Shown here: positions 1 to 9,127 of the stretch, one piece after another
Layout: every line of letters starts with the position of its first letter
Position numbering within the stretch: the first letter of the stretch is position 1
NCBI GenBank assembly: GCA_963719225.1
Contig: CAVRAY010000001.1
Coordinates: 2,624,001-2,688,000, forward strand
Source: Thermoanaerobaculia bacterium
GTDB taxonomy: Bacteria > Acidobacteriota > Thermoanaerobaculia > UBA5066
DNA: 64,000 nt
Reading direction: 5' to 3'
The notes under the pieces: generated by a model
Told to the model about the DNA's origin: nothing
Databases searched by the model: none
The model's input: only the letters and a program-made list of their open reading frames with translations
Translations under genes and position numbers: made by a program

Positions 1-1629
1 CTGCTTCTGCTTCTCCGGATCGTTCGTCGTGAGGTCCGGCGAGATGCGCTGCCACGACTGTCCGCCATCCCGCGACAGAAAGAGAAATTGCGCGCCGATG
101 TAGAGCTTCCCCTTCTCGAGGCGCGAGACGTGGATCGGCGTGTTCCAGTTCCAGCGCAGCTTCTCCTTGAAGAGAGCCTTCGGCTGGATGTCGCGCGCGG
201 CGAGCGTGCGCCGGTCGACGCGGCCGATGAAGCCGCCCTGCATCTCCGCGTAGACGAAGTTCGGGTCGGCGGGGTCCACGAAGACCCAGAAACCGTCGCC
301 GTTGTAGAGGTTCTCCCACCGGCTGTTCGTGATCCCACCGGGATACGCCGAGTCCCCGGCCCAGGAGCTGTTGTCCTGAAGCCCGCCGTAGACCTGGTAC
401 GGCTGCTTCTCGTCGACGGACACGTGGTAGAACTGCGAGACGGGCAGGTTGTTGCACTTCCACCAGCGGTTCGCGCCGTCGTGGGAGATCCACAGGCCGC
501 CGTCGTCGCCCGTCACGACGTGCTTCGGGTTCTTCGGGTTGATCCAGACGTCGTGATGGTCTCCGTGCGTTCCGCCGCCCACGTCGGTGAAGCTCTCGCC
601 GCCGTCCTCGGAGGCGATCAGGGTCAGGTTCGGCTTGTAGACGCGGTCCGGGTTCGTCGGATCGACGACGAGGCGCGAGAAGTAGAACGGCCGCCAGACC
701 ATCCGCTGGCTGTCGTCCTTCCGCGCCCAGGTCTTCCCGCCGTCGTCGGAGCGGAAAAGCGCCGGCTTCACGCTCTCGATGACGGCGTAGACGCGGTCGG
801 GCTTCGACGGCGCGATCGCGACGTCGAGGCGTCCCCACGGCGCGGGCGGCAGGCCATGCGCCGTCTTCTCGTCGAGTTTTTTCCACGTCGCGCCGGCGTC
901 CTCCGTGAGGAAGAGGCCGGATCCGGACACCCCTTTCGGCCCGTCGCTCCCGGACCGGAACGTCCAGCCCTTCCTGCGGAAGTCCCATAGGCCCGCGAAG
1001 AGCCGGTCCGGGTTGCGCGGATCCATCGCGAGACCGGAGCAGCCCGTCGAGAGGCTGCCGCCCTTGAGGACGAGCGCCCAGCTCTTCCCGCCGTCCGTCG
1101 TCTTGTACAAGCCGCGGTCCGGCGAGTCCGACCAGAGCTTGCCGGGCACACACGCGTAGACGACGTCGCCCTTCTTCGGGTTCACGACGATCCGGTTCAC
1201 GCGCTCGGATTCCGGAAGCCCCATGGGTGTCCAGGATTCGCCGCCGTCGCCCGAGCGGTAGATGCCGTTCCCCACGGAGACGGAGTTCCGCGTCCACGTT
1301 TCGCCGGTCCCGACCCAGACGACCTTCGGATCCGACGGGTCGAGCGCGATCGCGCCGATGGATTGAACGGGCTGTTTGTCGAAGACGGGCTTGAACGTCG
1401 TCCCGCCGTCGAGCGACTTCCAGACCCCTCCGGAGGCAGAGCCGACGAACAGCGTGACCTTTCCGTCGTCCTCGACGCGGCCTGCCACGGCGGCGATCCG
1501 GCCGCTCATCTGGGCCGAGCCGATGTTGCGCGCGCCGAGACCCGAGATCGTGCCCGAGTCGACGGCGGGAGATGCGGCTGACGCGCCCAGCGCCGACGCG
1601 GCGAGAAGGAGGGATACGGCCGCTTTCAT
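1..1629 (-). CDS. Secreted BNR/VPS10 (sortilin-like) repeat glycosyl hydrolase-like protein, truncated at window edge
   Basis: Own translation from ATG 1629: MKAAVSLLLAASALGASAASPAVDSGTISGLGARNIGSAQMSGRIAAV..., with repeated Asp-box motifs (KSLDGG, KTTDGG, RSDDGG). ATGA overlap with the upstream gene. Absent from the ORF track because it runs off the edge. Confidence 0.8.
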   Translation of the reverse strand, partial: MKAAVSLLLAASALGASAASPAVDSGTISGLGARNIGSAQMSGRIAAVAGRVEDDGKVTLFVGSASGGVWKSLDGGTTFKPVFDKQPVQSIGAIALDPSDPKVVWVGTGETWTRNSVSVGNGIYRSGDGGESWTPMGLPESERVNRIVVNPKKGDVVYACVPGKLWSDSPDRGLYKTTDGGKSWALVLKGGSLSTGCSGLAMDPRNPDRLFAGLWDFRRKGWTFRSGSDGPKGVSGSGLFLTEDAGATWKKLDEKTAHGLPPAPWGRLDVAIAPSKPDRVYAVIESVKPALFRSDDGGKTWARKDDSQRMVWRPFYFSRLVVDPTNPDRVYKPNLTLIASEDGGESFTDVGGGTHGDHHDVWINPKNPKHVVTGDDGGLWISHDGANRWWKCNNLPVSQFYHVSVDEKQPYQVYGGLQDNSSWAGDSAYPGGITNSRWENLYNGDGFWVFVDPADPNFVYAEMQGGFIGRVDRRTLAARDIQPKALFKEKLRWNWNTPIHVSRLEKGKLYIGAQFLFLSRDGGQSWQRISPDLTTNDPEKQKQ

Positions 1630-2396
1630 CGGCCCGCTCCCGCCTTCGCGGAGGCCGGCGCCGGGAACGAGAACGCGTCCGCGCGGAGGGAGACGTTCGC
1701 TTCGGCCTTTTCGTAGATCGTCTTCCCTCGAGAGGCGGGCGGCGAGTTCCGCGACCCGCTCTCCTCGCTCATCGGAACGTAGACGCCGCCAACCTTCTCG
1801 TAATCCCCGTAGTCCGTCTCGACTTCCTGCTCGGCTCCGCGGACCATCGTCTTCTGCAGGTCGCGAATCACCATCCACGTATCGGGGTCGATCCACACGG
1901 TCAGGTCGCCTCCCCACTTCAGCTTGACGCGCAGCTTGTGCGCGAGCGTGCCGTCCACGTCCTCGGTCCCGAGGTACTCCAGCGCGTGACCCTTGGCCTT
2001 CGCATCCACGAACGGCCCGTCGAGATCGGCCGCGAGCCGGAAGGGTTTCGCATCGTCTTCGGACATCATCGACGGCTCCTTGCGGCCCTCGAACGGCTGG
2101 ACCTGCCAGCCCTTCTCGCCGTCGAAGGCCTGGATCTGCGTGAGGCCCTGGTACGTGGATTCCTGCCGGATGCGGCCGGGACGGGCGTTCACCTCGGAAA
2201 CCGTGATGAGGATGGAGCGGCCCGGGATCACGAACCGCCCCTTCCGGCGGAGGCTCTTGAGGGACGCGAGCGCCGCCGTGCCACCGCGCGCCTCGACGTT
2301 CTTCGCGACGATCTCCTCCGGCGTGATCGCCGCGAGAGTGCCCGGCACACAGAGCGCCATCAGCAGAGGGGCAACGAGCCGAATCGTGTTTCGCAT
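1626..2396 (-). CDS. Secreted protein of the LolA-like / lipoprotein-sorting-protein family
   Basis: MRNTIRLVAPLLMALC... signal peptide, then 'EEIVAKNVEARGG' and 'ETDYGDYEKVGGVYVP', typical of this family. Confidence 0.65.
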   Translation of the reverse strand: MRNTIRLVAPLLMALCVPGTLAAITPEEIVAKNVEARGGTAALASLKSLRRKGRFVIPGRSILITVSEVNARPGRIRQESTYQGLTQIQAFDGEKGWQVQPFEGRKEPSMMSEDDAKPFRLAADLDGPFVDAKAKGHALEYLGTEDVDGTLAHKLRVKLKWGGDLTVWIDPDTWMVIRDLQKTMVRGAEQEVETDYGDYEKVGGVYVPMSEESGSRNSPPASRGKTIYEKAEANVSLRADAFSFPAPASAKAGAGR

Positions 2397-2487
2397 GTCG
2401 GATGTACGTCCTGCGGCCGATGCGGGTTTCGCCACTTCCGCGGTACCGCGAGTCCCGTGAGCCATATTTCTTCGAATAGGATAGGGC

Positions 2488-2817
2488 ATGAGCAAATTCC
2501 AGCCGGATCCGCGAGGCCTGTCACGTCGTTCTTTGGCCAGGGTCATCAGCGGCGCGGCCGCCGCCGCTCTTCTGCCTGGCCGGTCCGAGGCGGTCGAGGC
2601 GCCCGCACACCTTTCAAAGCAATTCGAGGACTCCCATACCGAGGCGCTCGTCGAAGCGGCTCTTTCCGCGACGCCGGCCACCCTTTCGGCGGAGCAGCGC
2701 CTCGACGTGAGGCGAGGCGTCCGCGACCTGCAGAAGGCTCTCGCGGACGCGCGCCGCGTCCAAGTGCCGTACGAGACCGATCCGGCGACGGTCTTTCTGC
2801 CCACGGGGCGGGGATGA
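2488..2817 (+). CDS. Small protein with twin-arginine (Tat) signal, coupled to the amidase
   Basis: LSRRSLARVISGAAAAALL...SEA; ATGA overlap with the amidase; TAGGAT 5 nt upstream of the start. Confidence 0.65.
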   Translation: MSKFQPDPRGLSRRSLARVISGAAAAALLPGRSEAVEAPAHLSKQFEDSHTEALVEAALSATPATLSAEQRLDVRRGVRDLQKALADARRVQVPYETDPATVFLPTGRG

Positions 2818-4226
2818 GCACCGAAGATCCTTCGAAAGGCGGCGATCTGGCGTTCGCCTCGGTCGCCGAGCTCGCCGGCGCGCTGGCGGCGGGAAAGACG
2901 TCCTCGGTCGAGCTGACACGCTTTTTCCTTTCCCGCCTTCGCAGAATCGGACCCTCTCTCAACGCTGTCGCGACTCTGATGGAAGAGAGCGCGCTCGAGG
3001 CCGCCCGCCGTGCCGACGCGGATCGGAAGCCCGGTATCCCCCGACGGCCGCTCCACGGAATTCCCTATGCCGTGAAGGATCTCCTCGACACCAAAGGCGT
3101 GGCAACGACCTGGGGCTCGCCTCTTTTCAAGGATCGCGTCCCGGGGAGCGATGCGACCGCGATCTCCCGGCTTGCCGAAGCCGGCGCGATCCTCGTCGCC
3201 AAGCTCTCGATGGTCGAGCTCGCCGGCGGAGCGGGCTACCGGTTCGCATCCGCATCGGCTCAGGGGCCCGGGAAGAACCCGTGGAATCCGAAACACTGGA
3301 CGGGCGGCTCCTCCAGCGGCTCGGGTGCCGCCGTTGCGGCCGGCCTCGTGCCCTTCGCGCTCGGCTCGGAGACATGGGGCTCGATCGTGTGCCCGTCCAG
3401 CTATTGCGGCATCTCGGGCCTAAGACCCACGTACGGGCGCGTCAGCCGCCATGGCGCGATGCCTCTCTGCTTCACGCTCGACAAGATCGGCCCGCTCGCG
3501 CGCTCGGCCGAGGACCTCGAAACCGTTCTCGACGCGATCGCCGGCGACGACCCGGCCGATCCGTCGACTCTTCGCGGCAATTGGACGCGATCTCCCGCGC
3601 CCGAACGGCTTCGAATCGGCGTGCTTCCGGACAAGACGTGGGACGGGTATCAGAAGGAAGCCGTGACGCTCGCGAGCACCGCCCTGAAGACGCTCGAAGC
3701 GAAGGGACATCAGCTCGTGCCCGTGACGCTGCCCGACTTTCCATTCGACGCCGTTCTCATCACGATCCTCGCCTCGGAGGCTGCGGCATCCTTCGAGCCC
3801 CTCATCGCGAGCGGGCGGCATCTCCAGCTCGTGGACCCGCTCTCGAAGATCGGCCTCCTGCCCGGCACGACCATTTCCGCGGCCGATTACGCGAACGCGC
3901 TCCGGCGTCGCACGCTCGCGATTCGCGCGATGGCGGAGCTCTTCACGGGGATCGACGTCCTCGCCGGGCCGGGCTTCGCCAGCTCCGCGAGCCCGATCGA
4001 GGCGAACCTCGAGACGTGGTACGCGCTTCCCGCCGATCCGCTCGGGGCCCCCGGGAATCTCTGCGGGCTGCCGGCCGCGAGCGTCCCGTGCGGCTTCGAT
4101 TCCGCCGGCCTGCCTCTCGGCATCACGTTCATGGCGGCGGCGGGAAACGAATCGCTCTGTCTCGCCGCCGCAAAGGCATATCAGAAGGAAACGGACTGGC
4201 ACCGGAGGCGCCCGCCGGTCGGTTGA
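2814..4226 (+). CDS. Amidase-signature family amidase (GatA-like)
   Basis: PLHGIPYAVKDL, GGSSSGSGAAVAAG, GSETWGSI (Ser-Ser-Lys triad motifs). Confidence 0.9.
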   Translation: MSTEDPSKGGDLAFASVAELAGALAAGKTSSVELTRFFLSRLRRIGPSLNAVATLMEESALEAARRADADRKPGIPRRPLHGIPYAVKDLLDTKGVATTWGSPLFKDRVPGSDATAISRLAEAGAILVAKLSMVELAGGAGYRFASASAQGPGKNPWNPKHWTGGSSSGSGAAVAAGLVPFALGSETWGSIVCPSSYCGISGLRPTYGRVSRHGAMPLCFTLDKIGPLARSAEDLETVLDAIAGDDPADPSTLRGNWTRSPAPERLRIGVLPDKTWDGYQKEAVTLASTALKTLEAKGHQLVPVTLPDFPFDAVLITILASEAAASFEPLIASGRHLQLVDPLSKIGLLPGTTISAADYANALRRRTLAIRAMAELFTGIDVLAGPGFASSASPIEANLETWYALPADPLGAPGNLCGLPAASVPCGFDSAGLPLGITFMAAAGNESLCLAAAKAYQKETDWHRRRPPVG

Positions 4227-4283
4227 CGCTGTATTCTTTGATCGAAGACGCCCGGGGTGGGGCGTCTGTGCGCGGAGGCCGGA

Positions 4284-6668
4284 GTGAAGCAACGCACTTC
4301 CCGCCGTCGGACCGAAAAGGTATTGCGGCGCTCCGCGAAGACTTCCGACCCGACGAAGAAACGCGGTCCGCCGCATTCGAGGTCTTCCCTCGTCGACCTG
4401 GGTATCTCTGGGCGGCGGGTGCCCCGGGAGACCCTCCAGGCCATCTTCGACAACATTCCCGTCATGATCTCGTTGGTAGATCCGTCCGGTCGCCTGCTCC
4501 TCGTCAACCGGGAGTGGGAGCGGGTCCTGGGCTGGTCCTTCCAGGAAGCGCAGGGCTACGACTTTCTGGCGGAGGCCTATCCCGATCCGGACAGTCGGCG
4601 CGAAGTGCTCGAGTTCATGCGGAAAGCGGAGCAGCGATGGCAGGATTTCAGAACGCGGACCAAGGACGGTCGCGTCATCGACACGTCCTGGTTACGCGTC
4701 GGGCTCTCGGACGGCGCGCGAATCGGGTTCGGCCTGGACCTGACTGAACGCAAACGGCTCGAGAAAGGGATCCGAACGAGCGAGGCGCTCCTCTCGGAGG
4801 GAGAGAGACTCGCCCAGACCGGGAGCTGGGTCTTGAACCTCGAGTCGGGAAAGCTCGTCTGGTCGGCGGGAGCCTTTCGCATCTTCAGCCTGGCGTCGGA
4901 TTCCAAAGCGTCGTCCCGGGCTTCGGCGGCGGACGGGCTCCGGCCGGCGAGTTATGCGGAGGCGGCGAGCATGGTCCATCCGGAGGACCGGATGAACATA
5001 GTCTATCCAGAGGACCGGACCAGAGTCCGAACGACCTTCGAGCAGGCCGTCGCCGAAAAGAAGGGCTTCGAAATCGATCACCGTCTGGTTCATCCGGACG
5101 GGACCGTCCGGCAGGTCCACGTCGTCGGACACCCGACGTTCGGCGATTCCGGGGATCTGCTTGAGTACGTCGGCGTCATCATCGATGTCACCGAGCGCCA
5201 GCAGGCCGAGGAGGCGTTGCGCAAGAGTGAGCGGGTCCTCCGCGAGGCTCAAGAGCTGGGCCACACCGGGAGCTGGGAGCAGGATCTGGTCACCGGCAAG
5301 ATCTTCAACACCGATGAGAACCTCCGTCTGTTCTTCGGTGACGAACCCAGCAAAGGCGCGCGCCTGGAGGACTACGTCGACACCGTGCATCCCGACGACC
5401 GGGCAATGGTGAAGGAGCGACGGGAGCAACTGCTCGCCGAAGGACATCCGCGCGATATCGAGTTCCGGGTGGTCTGGCCGGACGGCAGCGTGCATGTGAT
5501 CTTCGGCCGCGCGACGGTCGTTCGCGACGAATCGGGACGGGCCGTCCGTGTCTACGGGACGAATGTCGACGTCACCGAGCGCAAGCGGACGGAAGATCGG
5601 GCGCGTGAGAGCCAGCAGCTTCTGAACCTGGTCCTCGCTACCCTGCCGGTCGGCGTGTCGGTCACCGATCGGGGGGGCGACATCGTTCTCGTGAATGCAG
5701 CGTCGAAGCGCATTTGGGGCGGCGATCCGATCGTCTCCGGCCGAAAACGATGGGCGCAGAGCAGAGGCTTCTGGCACGACTCCGGCGAGAGAGTTGACCC
5801 GACGAATTGGGCCTCCGCGCGGGCGCTGACCGAGGGGCAAACGAGCTTGAACGAGGTGATCGATATCAAGACGTTCGATGGCCGGCAGAAGACCATCCAG
5901 AACTCGGCCGCACCGATCCGCGACGCGGACGGGACGATCGTGGGCGCCGTGTTCGTCAACGAAGACGTCACGGAGCAGATGCTCGCGCAGGGAAGCCTGC
6001 AGCGTTCGCGCGACGAGCTGCGCCTGCTGTCGGAGGAATTGCAGACCGTCCGCGAAGAGGAGCGCGCGCGCATCGCGCGAGAAGTGCACGACGAAATCGG
6101 ACAGGCCTTGACCGCGCTTCAGATGGACGTGGCCTGGCTCGAAAAGAAGCTCGCGACCTCTTCCGAAGCGGCCCCCGAAAGCTGCTCGGAAAAGCTGAAG
6201 TCGATGACCTCGCTTCTCGATTCGACTCTCGGTTCCGTCCAGCGCATCGCGACCGAGCTCCGGCCAGGGGTTCTCGACGAGCTGGGACTGGAAGCGGCGG
6301 CCGAGTGGTACGTCCGCGACTTCGAGTCGCGCACCGGCATCCCCTGCGATTTCCGGTCCGACCTGAAGGGTGCGGCGGTCGAGCCCGACCTCGCGACGGC
6401 CGTGTTTCGGATTCTCCAGGAAGCGCTCACGAACGTGGCCCGGCACTCGGGCGCGAGTCGGGTCGAGATCCTCCTTTCGGCCTATGCGAACGAGCTTCTT
6501 CTCGAGATCAGGGACGACGGCCGGGGGATTTCGAAAGACCACGTCGCGGCGTCCCATTCGCTCGGCCTCCTCGGCATGCGCGAACGGGCCCGTTCCCTCG
6601 GAGGTGAGATCTCGGTCAGCGGCATACCGGACGTCGGGACCACGGTCACGCTCAGGGTTCCACTTTGA
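4284..6668 (+). CDS. Multi-PAS sensor histidine kinase, HisKA_3 (NarX/UhpB-type)
   Basis: Four PAS/PAC repeats; EERARIAREVHDEIGQ, RILQEALTNVARH, DDGRG, SLGLLGMRERA. Start chosen after GGAGG. Confidence 0.9.
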   Translation: MKQRTSRRRTEKVLRRSAKTSDPTKKRGPPHSRSSLVDLGISGRRVPRETLQAIFDNIPVMISLVDPSGRLLLVNREWERVLGWSFQEAQGYDFLAEAYPDPDSRREVLEFMRKAEQRWQDFRTRTKDGRVIDTSWLRVGLSDGARIGFGLDLTERKRLEKGIRTSEALLSEGERLAQTGSWVLNLESGKLVWSAGAFRIFSLASDSKASSRASAADGLRPASYAEAASMVHPEDRMNIVYPEDRTRVRTTFEQAVAEKKGFEIDHRLVHPDGTVRQVHVVGHPTFGDSGDLLEYVGVIIDVTERQQAEEALRKSERVLREAQELGHTGSWEQDLVTGKIFNTDENLRLFFGDEPSKGARLEDYVDTVHPDDRAMVKERREQLLAEGHPRDIEFRVVWPDGSVHVIFGRATVVRDESGRAVRVYGTNVDVTERKRTEDRARESQQLLNLVLATLPVGVSVTDRGGDIVLVNAASKRIWGGDPIVSGRKRWAQSRGFWHDSGERVDPTNWASARALTEGQTSLNEVIDIKTFDGRQKTIQNSAAPIRDADGTIVGAVFVNEDVTEQMLAQGSLQRSRDELRLLSEELQTVREEERARIAREVHDEIGQALTALQMDVAWLEKKLATSSEAAPESCSEKLKSMTSLLDSTLGSVQRIATELRPGVLDELGLEAAAEWYVRDFESRTGIPCDFRSDLKGAAVEPDLATAVFRILQEALTNVARHSGASRVEILLSAYANELLLEIRDDGRGISKDHVAASHSLGLLGMRERARSLGGEISVSGIPDVGTTVTLRVPL

Positions 6669-7294
6669 CGCGCATCCTTCTCGTCGATGATCACGCGGTC
6701 GTGCGCGAGGGCCTGAAACAGATCCTGGCGGATTCGATTCGAGGTGCAACCTTCGGCGAGGCCGCCACGGGCGACGAGGCCCTCGAAAAGGCAAGAGCCG
6801 GCGCCTGGGACGTCGTCATTCTCGACATGTCTCTTCCGGGGGCGAGCGGCATCGAGGTCCTGAAGGAGCTTCGTCAGATGCATCCGCGGCTTCCGGTGCT
6901 CGTCCTGAGCATGCACCCCGAGGAGCAGTTCGCGGCGCGCGCGCTCAGGGCAGGAGCCGCCGGGTACGTGACCAAGAGGACGGCGGCGGAGCAAATCGCC
7001 GCCGCGGTGGGAAAAGTACTAGCGGGCCGAAAGTACATCAGCGCTTCCCTCGCGGAAAAGCTCGTCGGAGAGCTCAACATGGGTGCGGCGGCGCCGCACG
7101 AGCGCCTCTCGGATCGTGAGTTTCAGGTCTTTCGTATGTTGTCGGGCGCCAAGACGGTCAAGCAGATCAGCGAGGAGCTCTCACTCAGTACGCAGACGGT
7201 CAGCACGTATCGGAACCGGATCCTGGAGAAGATGGGCCTGACCACGAATGACGAGCTCACGGAATACGCGCTGCAGAACGGCCTTTTGAAATAG
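6665..7294 (+). CDS. NarL/LuxR-family response regulator
   Basis: ILLVDDHAVVREG, LDMSLPG, LSDREFQV...TVSTYRNRILEKMG. Confidence 0.92.
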   Translation: MTRILLVDDHAVVREGLKQILADSIRGATFGEAATGDEALEKARAGAWDVVILDMSLPGASGIEVLKELRQMHPRLPVLVLSMHPEEQFAARALRAGAAGYVTKRTAAEQIAAAVGKVLAGRKYISASLAEKLVGELNMGAAAPHERLSDREFQVFRMLSGAKTVKQISEELSLSTQTVSTYRNRILEKMGLTTNDELTEYALQNGLLK

Positions 7295-7422
7295 GCGCCT
7301 CAACGCCGCCGCCCGTCGTCCTCCGGACGACGCGAAAAGTCGTCGCGCCGCCAATACCGGTCACTTCGCGCGGGAACTAGGCTGCGTCCGGAAGGCGGCC
7401 GCACCCGGGCCGATCAAGTCCC

Positions 7423-8982
7423 ATGGCGAGCGCATCGTCCACACCCCGTCTCGAAGAGTCCCACGGCGCAAAGCGCGAGGTGAGCGAGGCCCGCGAGAGG
7501 CTGAGAAAGCTCTCACGTGCCGTCGAGCAGAGCCCCGTTTCCGTCGTCATCACGGACACGGACGGCTCGATCGAGTACGTCAACCCGAAGTTCACCCAGG
7601 TCACGGGCTACTCCTCGGACGAGGTGCTCGGGATGAATCCCCGCATTCTGAAATCCGGCGAGGTGTCGCCCGAGGTCTACCGGGAGATGTGGGAGATGAT
7701 CACCGCGGGCCGGGAGTGGCGCGGGGAATTCCACAACCGGAAGAAGAACGGAGAGCTCTTCTGGGAGTTCGCCTCGATCTCGCCAATCTTCGACGAGCGC
7801 GGGCAGATCACGCACTTCGTCGCCGTGAAAGAGGAGATCACCGACCGAAAGCGCACCGAGGAATCGCTCGCGAGGAGTGAGCTCCTCTTCCGTTCGCTCA
7901 TCGAGAACGCCCTCGACATCATCGCGGTCGTGGCGCCTGACGGCGCTGTCCGCTACGTCAGCCCATCCGTCGAACGCCTCCTGGGACACGACCCGGCGCG
8001 CGTCGGCGACCTGAACGTCTTCGACCTCATCCACCCCGACGACCTCGCCCAGGCGAAAGCGAGGTTCCAAAGCACCCTCGAGACGGGCACGCGGTTCGAG
8101 CAGGTCGAGTTTCGGGTCAGGCACGCGGACGGTTCCTGGCGGACCCTGTCGATGATCGGAAAGCCCTCTCCGCCCGAAACGGGCCTTCGCGGGCTGATCA
8201 TCAACGCGCGAGACTTGACGGAAAGCCACGCCCTCGAAGAGCAGCTCCGACAGTCGCAGAAGATGGATGCCGTGGGCCGCCTGGCGGGAGGGATCGCCCA
8301 CGACTTCAACAACGTCCTCACGGTGATCCTCGGTTATGCCGAGCTCGCGGGCACTCGCGACGCGGCGGGCGAGGCTTTGGCTGGTGACCTCGCCGAGATC
8401 CGCAAGGCCGCCGACCGTGCCGGGGCCCTCACGCGGCAGCTGCTCGCCTTCGGCCGCAAGCAGGTCCTTCAGCCCCGCGTCGTCAACCTGAACAAGGTCG
8501 TACGCGACATGGACGGGATGTTCCGACGCGTGATCGGCGAGCACATCGAACTGGTCCTGGCGCTGGAGGAGCGGCTGGGCTTCGTGAAGGCGGACACCGG
8601 ACAGATCGAGCAAGTGCTGCTCAATCTGGTAGTCAACGCGCGAGACGCGATGCCGAACGGCGGGAAGCTGACCATCGAAACCGCCGACGTCGAATTGGAC
8701 ACCACCTCGGCCTTGCGTTTCGAGGCCCCCGCCGGCCCGTACGTCGTCCTGGCCGTGAAGGACACGGGCACCGGCATGGACGCGGCAACGGTGTCCCACA
8801 TCTTCGAGCCGTTCTTCACGACGAAGGAAGCCGGGAAGGGGACCGGGCTGGGCCTCTCGACCGTATACGGTATCGTGAAGCAAAGTGGCGGACACGTTGC
8901 CGTATCCAGCGAGCCTGGCGTGGGAACCGCGCTCAAGGTCTATCTCCCCCGCGTTCAGGAGCCAGACGCTGGAGGCGGGTGA
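7423..8982 (+). CDS. PAS-PAS histidine kinase (NtrB/CckA-like, no receiver domain)
   Basis: [42 protein letters not shown]. Confidence 0.9.
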   Translation: MASASSTPRLEESHGAKREVSEARERLRKLSRAVEQSPVSVVITDTDGSIEYVNPKFTQVTGYSSDEVLGMNPRILKSGEVSPEVYREMWEMITAGREWRGEFHNRKKNGELFWEFASISPIFDERGQITHFVAVKEEITDRKRTEESLARSELLFRSLIENALDIIAVVAPDGAVRYVSPSVERLLGHDPARVGDLNVFDLIHPDDLAQAKARFQSTLETGTRFEQVEFRVRHADGSWRTLSMIGKPSPPETGLRGLIINARDLTESHALEEQLRQSQKMDAVGRLAGGIAHDFNNVLTVILGYAELAGTRDAAGEALAGDLAEIRKAADRAGALTRQLLAFGRKQVLQPRVVNLNKVVRDMDGMFRRVIGEHIELVLALEERLGFVKADTGQIEQVLLNLVVNARDAMPNGGKLTIETADVELDTTSALRFEAPAGPYVVLAVKDTGTGMDAATVSHIFEPFFTTKEAGKGTGLGLSTVYGIVKQSGGHVAVSSEPGVGTALKVYLPRVQEPDAGGG

Positions 8983-9127
8983 GGCCCGATGACGAGTCCG
9001 GTCACCGTCTCCCGTCTGGGACAGCCCAGCTTCCGAGTCTCGCGAGCTTGCGCCCGGACCGCCTGAAGGGTCACGTGCCCGCGGAAGCCCGGGGACGTCC
9101 ACGCATGAGAGACTCCTTGGGTACAGA

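Noticed and set aside
1572-2813. N-terminal extensions of track ORFs (amidase 884 aa, trpA 534 aa, trpG 529 aa, hisD 591 aa) read as extra fusions
   Set aside because: These are upstream open-frame run-ons overlapping other genes. The real starts coincide with ATGA/GTGA overlaps.
3418-3428. Isolated CTAAG in the amidase, and TTCGAAGA-like words near 2470, 19695 and 50946
   Set aside because: They lack the C-rich 5' and pyrimidine-rich 3' flanks, so they were not counted as motif copies.
7314-7345. Hairpin CGTCGTCC-TCC-GGACGACG after the NarL regulator
   Set aside because: No U-tract on the + strand. It is short and GC-rich, so it could be chance.
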